Below, in pieces: positions 59,358 to 64,000 of a stretch of 64,000 nt of DNA. Location: positions 22,249 through 86,248 of IMG/VR virus record IMGVR_UViG_3300031576_000022; one strand, 5' to 3'. The position numbers and the translations under genes are program-made. Positions within the stretch are counted from its first letter, which is position 1; each line of letters starts with the position of its first letter. The notes beneath the pieces were generated by a model. That model saw only the letters and a program-made list of their open reading frames with translations. It ran no database searches and had not been told where the DNA came from. Origin of the DNA: a virus.

Positions 59358-59611
59358 ATTGGATCTAATGTTTCTGCAATCCAGATTGCATTGATTGGAT
59401 TGATTCTGATGTATCCATTTACCCCAACATTATTTGTTACCGCATTTTTCGCAAGACCTGAATGAGATGCTGTTCCGTGGTCGCGTCCAGCATTGGTAAT
59501 GAATCTTGCGCTTGTTAACCTCCAATCAAAGTCGTCTTCGATTGACTCTAGTTTTCCGATAATTACCCAGCCAAACGGCAGGATGCAATACAGCCAGTCG
59601 CCGATTTTCAT
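59351..59611 (-). CDS. Small beta-barrel protein of the type usually upstream of GYGDG-repeat genes
   Basis: GWVIIGKL.....LTSARFI....G..G.....G; GGAG RBS. Confidence 0.55.
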   Translation of the reverse strand: MKIGDWLYCILPFGWVIIGKLESIEDDFDWRLTSARFITNAGRDHGTASHSGLAKNAVTNNVGVNGYIRINPINAIWIAETLDPMW

Positions 59612-59647
59612 TTTTTATAGCTCCATGTAGTATCGGATTTCCTTTAT

Positions 59648-62144
59648 CTAGAATGGATTTCTTCCGTAGATTTCAATCAGAATCGGGAAAAGATCTCGCC
59701 TGATTTCTCCAGCATCTACAGTCCAGTCGGTATACTCAAATTCAATCTCATTTCCATCGTCATCTTCACCTAATTCGATTGCAGTATACTTGTAATCCTC
59801 GATGCTATCCCATACCTTTTCGATGATCTTCATAGCCTCATCAACGGAATAAGGTTCGCGACCATGTAAGGATGAATGTCAATTCCAGCAAGAAATTCGA
59901 CCAACAGGGCAATTGCATGGTCTTTGTTTTTTGCGCTTGAAACAAGGTGAACGGTTGTCATGCTGCATGACAATCTGTCTCTGTTTTTTCCTGTAATTTC
60001 GCCTCCGCGATGGAATCTGATTTGCGGACAGTGGCCATCATAAGGATGATAGGTTTCGATGTAGTATGTGACCATTAGTTATCGCTCCCGCATTCGTTGT
60101 CAATGATGGTAGTAATCCACTTCATTACTGAGAAATTCTGACGATACTCAGTGTTTTCAACAAATCCCCCGTCTCGGTATAGCTCGTAAAACCTACCACC
60201 TTCGTACAGTGGTGCCGGTTTGTATGTTACATCGTATAAAATCCAAGTGGATTTATATTTGTCGATTTGACAGATTTCCTTGGAAGATATATAGCAAGGA
60301 TGGTCGGCGCAAGGATGGTCTAGATTGCTGTCCATTTATTTATCCTTGTGTTTCTTTACGTTACGAAGTAGCGCACATAATAGTAGCGCGAAAGCCTTTC
60401 AAATCTTTCGCGCTATGGACTACGTTTCAATTATCAGCCTAGTGAAAATCGGACCATAAACTCTCCCAGGGTTTGAAGCTAGGAAAAACGCTCGCAACGA
60501 AATCGTTTTGTTTGCTATCTAGTGTTATCTAGTCGTGCTTGACGTAGTGGCAAGTAGTCTGCCACGCCAAAAGACGCGCTCGATCTGACAGGGCTTGCAA
60601 AGCGCTACGCTGCGAAACATCGCGCTTGCGTCGGTCAATCATGCGATCAAGCATACGATCAATCGCTGGATCGGGTCGCGGCGGATTCTGCGAGCAAAAA
60701 GCAATTGGATCAAACAACTGCGGATCATTGGTATAGATATGACTGTCGAACATGGTAAGAACTCCTAAAAGAAAATCCGCCATGACAGTATGGCGGATTG
60801 GTTATTAGCTAATCGGTGGGCCTTCTTCGCAAAACTTTGAACCTTCCCCTTACTAGGCCAGCGCAAAGCGTGTTAGCCTAGCTATCTGCCCATGTTACAA
60901 ATACTACTTGATTCATTCCATGCGGGCGAATCTCGATCATATCGCCCATATCACAAACACTTGCCCTTATACCAGACAATCCGCATAGTGCTTTAGCGCG
61001 TCGGACTAGTGCGAGCCTCGACCCGTTATGGATTGTGTATCTGTCTACCCAACAGTAGTTGGCTTCACCACCAAAAGTATCGGTATGCTCTACATTGTAA
61101 ATTGTACTATCTCCACATACATTGTTTCGCGGTAGCACGTCTGCTCCACAATGGCCATTTCCCCGTAATTTCCATGGTATATAATTCATCAAGTGCTTCG
61201 CGTTGTGTATTGAATGAGATAGATCCTTGGGGGATTCCTTTTTTAGTCATTTTGACCAGTTTTTCATTGTGATTTCTATTGACAAGAACTAGCCCAGTAT
61301 CGTCAATCAATATCCATGTATTATACATTTTAGTCACCCCTCTTCAATCTCACATAGAGATTGTTTTCGTCGTCGCACTCTACTTCTAACCCTTCACACT
61401 TGGCGCTATCGACAATATTTCCTGAATCCTCCATGTTGATTTTAGTTACATACCACGACCTGCCTTCCGATTCGTCGTAGTAGTCATCGAATTTCAGGTC
61501 GAAAATACTAGCTAAATGCTTGATCGCATTATCCTCTTGCTCGTCCCATTCCTCATTTTCCAGTGTAGAGAAATCACTCCCGTCTAGAATGGGATAGCTC
61601 TCTATACTATCTTCGATTTCTTTAGCGATTCTTTCACAATCTGAACCGGGCTTGACAATCAAAATCTCAAACCAGCCACAAGCCCAGTGCCCGAAACGAT
61701 GATTTTCGTAGCAATCATTATCGGACGGATCTTGTGATACAGAAAGCATTTGTTCCGCCATGCGGAAATTGCTACGATCAAGTGCTTCGCTATTACGATT
61801 TTGTCCGACTGGTACGACTAGCCAATCTTGTTGGTCGTGTAGGAAAGACCCGGGATGATCGAATTCCGTTGGGCGATAGTCGCTATATTTTTGCATTGTT
61901 ATTCAGATCCATTGATAAAGAGTACGTGATCCGTCGTAGGGTTTACAGATATGTCTGTTTCTAGGTCTTTCAAGTATTCGGCGATTTGTTCTGGATCGCA
62001 CCAATCCCTATTATCATTGATCCATTTACCAAAATTCAATCTAACTAAAATCCTGGCACATTCAATGCTGCCAGCAATAGCAATAACATATCCTTTTGCC
62101 CAATTTTTGAGCATACTGCTTCGCCACATATACATGGTTGCCAT
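59648..62144 (-). other. Early-region hypothetical genes (59648..59833, 59830..60075, 60075..60335, 60529..60753, 60878..61192, 61107..61337, 61330..61896, 61899..62144)
   Basis: Packed - strand ORFs; TDTFGGEANYCWV and SNF...RFGHWACGW are recurrent phage patterns. Confidence 0.55.
60774..60799 (-). terminator. Rho-independent terminator
   Basis: AATCCGCCAT-N6-ATGGCGGATT followed by TTCTTTT on the - strand. Confidence 0.7.
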
Positions 62145-62148
62145 TGTA

Positions 62149-62616
62149 CTATCTATCCGTGTTTATGTGCTTGACTTTCCATCCCATCGGGAGTTTCGCA
62201 TACATTTCGTACAGATTCTTTTCCATGTTCCTGATAGTGTGCTCGGGAACATTGTGCGTTTTCCGTGCAAGGCAAGTCTCGACGCTGGCATTGCAACAAA
62301 CAATGAGATGATCGTAGTCATATGCTTGTGCCGCGAGAATATACGGGGAAACGTTGTGGAGTTTCGACCCGCAGTTATCGACGATGATAGTATCAATTAC
62401 TTCATTGATGTTTCTGATATAAGATCTGAAGCATTTACCGTGGCACTCACCAAGCATGGTTGGGTTGAACTTATAATTTCCGTTACTGTCTATCATATAA
62501 TAATCTGATGATACGCAAATCGAGTCTAGATTATTTCGCATAAGGTATAGCGAATAGTAACTTTTGCCGCTGCCTGGTAAACCGGACATGATAACAACAG
62601 TCGGGCGATCAAACAT
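62149..62616 (-). CDS. P-loop kinase, polynucleotide kinase / N4BP2-like
   Basis: IMSGLPGSGKS, SSDYY, IIVDN, CLARK.HNVP..TI..M; GGGAG RBS before ATG 62616. Confidence 0.85.
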   Translation of the reverse strand: MFDRPTVVIMSGLPGSGKSYYSLYLMRNNLDSICVSSDYYMIDSNGNYKFNPTMLGECHGKCFRSYIRNINEVIDTIIVDNCGSKLHNVSPYILAAQAYDYDHLIVCCNASVETCLARKTHNVPEHTIRNMEKNLYEMYAKLPMGWKVKHINTDR

Positions 62617-62639
62617 TGCGTGTCTCCCTGATATGTAAT

Positions 62640-62927
62640 CAGTAAATGACAGCGCCGACACTTGTTATGTTGTCGGCGCTGTATTAGCTAGTATTGGTGA
62701 TATGCCATGATTCTAACATGGTCAACCTGCTAAGTCGCACCTAGCAGGTTGTTTCAGATAAAGCCTCAATACTGAGGAACCGCGTGCAACAGTATATCTC
62801 GACCGTATCTCATATCCGTGGCGAACTGCACCGGTCCTAGCCTTTGCTCGCGATGTATTCGCACTCCCATTTACTGTAAAGCTACCAGTAAATATTAGCG
62901 CCGAATCTTGTTATGTATTCGGCGCTA
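62640..62927. repeat. Two copies of a hairpin with identical 10-nt loop CTTGTTATGT
   Basis: 62649-62682 (12-bp stem) and 62896-62927 (11-bp stem), both preceded by CAGTAAAT. Confidence 0.85.
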
Positions 62928-62945
62928 TAGCGTTGACGCTATGTG

Positions 62946-63542
62946 TTACTCGTCATAATCGTGATTGTCAAGATGCTCTTGCAACGCATCCCTTACAATT
63001 GCGAACACTTCGCGCAATTCAGTATCCATGCCAAGCTTGATCCGCGTGTCCATGTTCGAGGATTCCATGCCGTACTCTTTTACTGCATCATCGCAATAAT
63101 ACATACGATCATTTCTGCTAGAAAGCCAAGCAAGATGCTCGTGATAGTGAATGTATGCGTTGTCAAGCCATTCTCCGAAACTCTCGTCACTATCCACGCT
63201 TTCATCTGAAAGGCTTGTGAGAGCATCGCCGATGAATTCATATCGCCAGTCGTCTGGCATCATGTCGCCATGAGCATCATGGCACATATCAATGATCCAC
63301 TGTGGGCAATCGTCTGCATGAATGAAGATACGGCCGATCCCAGGCGTTTCAAGGTCACCACGCTTGAAATGCGTGAGAACTTCCGCAGCAAGTTCACTGA
63401 TATTGGTAGCCTTGATTTTACGATCCACAGTAAACACTAGCCCTTCCCCTACTGGGAATGCAGTTTGATGATCACACAAAATGATAACAGCGTCGCGATA
63501 TTTCACGCGACGCTGCTCCTTTAGTATAACAGGTATCATCAA
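62946..63542 (-). CDS. Acidic protein, possible Ocr-like DNA mimic (start probably downstream)
   Basis: D/E-rich; PDDWRY; LDNAYIHYHEHLAWLSS resembles Ocr ADNAVPHYYADIFSVMAS. Confidence 0.45.
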   Translation of the reverse strand: MMIPVILKEQRRVKYRDAVIILCDHQTAFPVGEGLVFTVDRKIKATNISELAAEVLTHFKRGDLETPGIGRIFIHADDCPQWIIDMCHDAHGDMMPDDWRYEFIGDALTSLSDESVDSDESFGEWLDNAYIHYHEHLAWLSSRNDRMYYCDDAVKEYGMESSNMDTRIKLGMDTELREVFAIVRDALQEHLDNHDYDE

Positions 63543-63783
63543 TAATAATTGTATGGTGGAGGGATATTGGAGTATCCGTCATATTCCAATATTCATTTAT
63601 CATATTTTTGGTATACATACTTGTCGTGTTGTCGATGTTCCATGCTCTAGCCTTACTCCACATTCCGATTGGTTTTCCGAATTTATCATGGAATCTTGCT
63701 ATAGCAGCATCTTCACTGTCTGCTATTACCTGTAATTCTTTCGATTCTTCGCAGAAGTCAGACGATACAATGTATCTTGCCAT
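63472..63783 (-). CDS. Hypothetical protein
   Basis: GGAG RBS; 103 aa. Confidence 0.5.
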   Translation of the reverse strand: MARYIVSSDFCEESKELQVIADSEDAAIARFHDKFGKPIGMWSKARAWNIDNTTSMYTKNMINEYWNMTDTPISLHHTIIIDDTCYTKGAASREISRRCYHFV

Positions 63784-63820
63784 TTTTGATTTTCTCCATT
63801 GTCATCGTGGCTTGTAAATG

Positions 63821-63852
63821 AAAACCCCGCAGCATTTTCACGCTACGGGGTT
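63821..63852 (-). terminator. Rho-independent terminator
   Basis: AACCCCGTAGC...GCTGCGGGGTTTT on the - strand. Confidence 0.7.
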
Positions 63853-63870
63853 ATGGATTATGATGATCTT

Positions 63871-64000
63871 TTATTTAGTGAGTTTCCATCCTGGAAATAG
63901 GATAGCGTCTCGTAAGTTTGCGCCTTGCAAGCTTGCACCTCGCAAGTTTGCGTCTCGCAAGTTTGCGCCTAGCAAGCTTGCGCCTTGTAAGTTTGCGTCT
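63871..64000 (-). CDS. Pentapeptide-repeat protein (3' end only)
   Basis: ...DANLQGASLLGANLRDANLRGASLQGANLRDAILFPGWKLTK*; 15-bp repeats. Confidence 0.88.
   Translation of the reverse strand, partial: DANLQGASLLGANLRDANLRGASLQGANLRDAILFPGWKLTK

Noticed and set aside
62640-62927. Mini CRISPR array
   Set aside because: Only two copies, about 210 bp apart, and no cas genes.
2238-63783. Genome-wide stop-codon reassignment suggested by the UUA RNA
   Set aside because: The standard code gives long, densely packed ORFs, and TAA, TAG and TGA all end genes at proper boundaries.

Overview
Mostly one AT-rich, siphovirus-like phage or prophage segment (about 2.1-64 kb). It carries a + strand head/tail module (Mu-I-like protease-scaffold, cement, major capsid, connectors, internally duplicated tail tube, chaperones, 1285-aa tape measure, minor tail proteins). 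A - strand recombination cluster follows (ERCC4 nuclease, RNase H, RecD2, SSB-like, AAA ATPase, HNH, Gam/Gp157-like), then a second, inverted block of tail-tip genes headed by an Hfq-like gene. Further on are a Toprim-MCM-like primase-helicase with a candidate iteron origin, a DNA methyltransferase, an SNF2 helicase, three tRNAs and a long early-type region of small - strand genes. The first 2.1 kb is the right part of a GC-richer IS1-family cargo element: transposase, divergent ribbon-helix-helix gene, passenger gene and DPPY methyltransferase. It also holds a structured leader and a compact 72-nt tRNA-like RNA with a G3.U70 alanine determinant, CCA end and UUA (ochre-reading) anticodon-like loop. 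Other unexplained signals: a strand-biased ~20-bp motif (core CCCTAC) in over 20 copies across the phage, a perfect -1 slippery site ending the Gam-like gene, a circularly permuted GHKL ATPase, and twin hairpins with covarying stems. All family calls are from motif recognition by eye; no database search was run.
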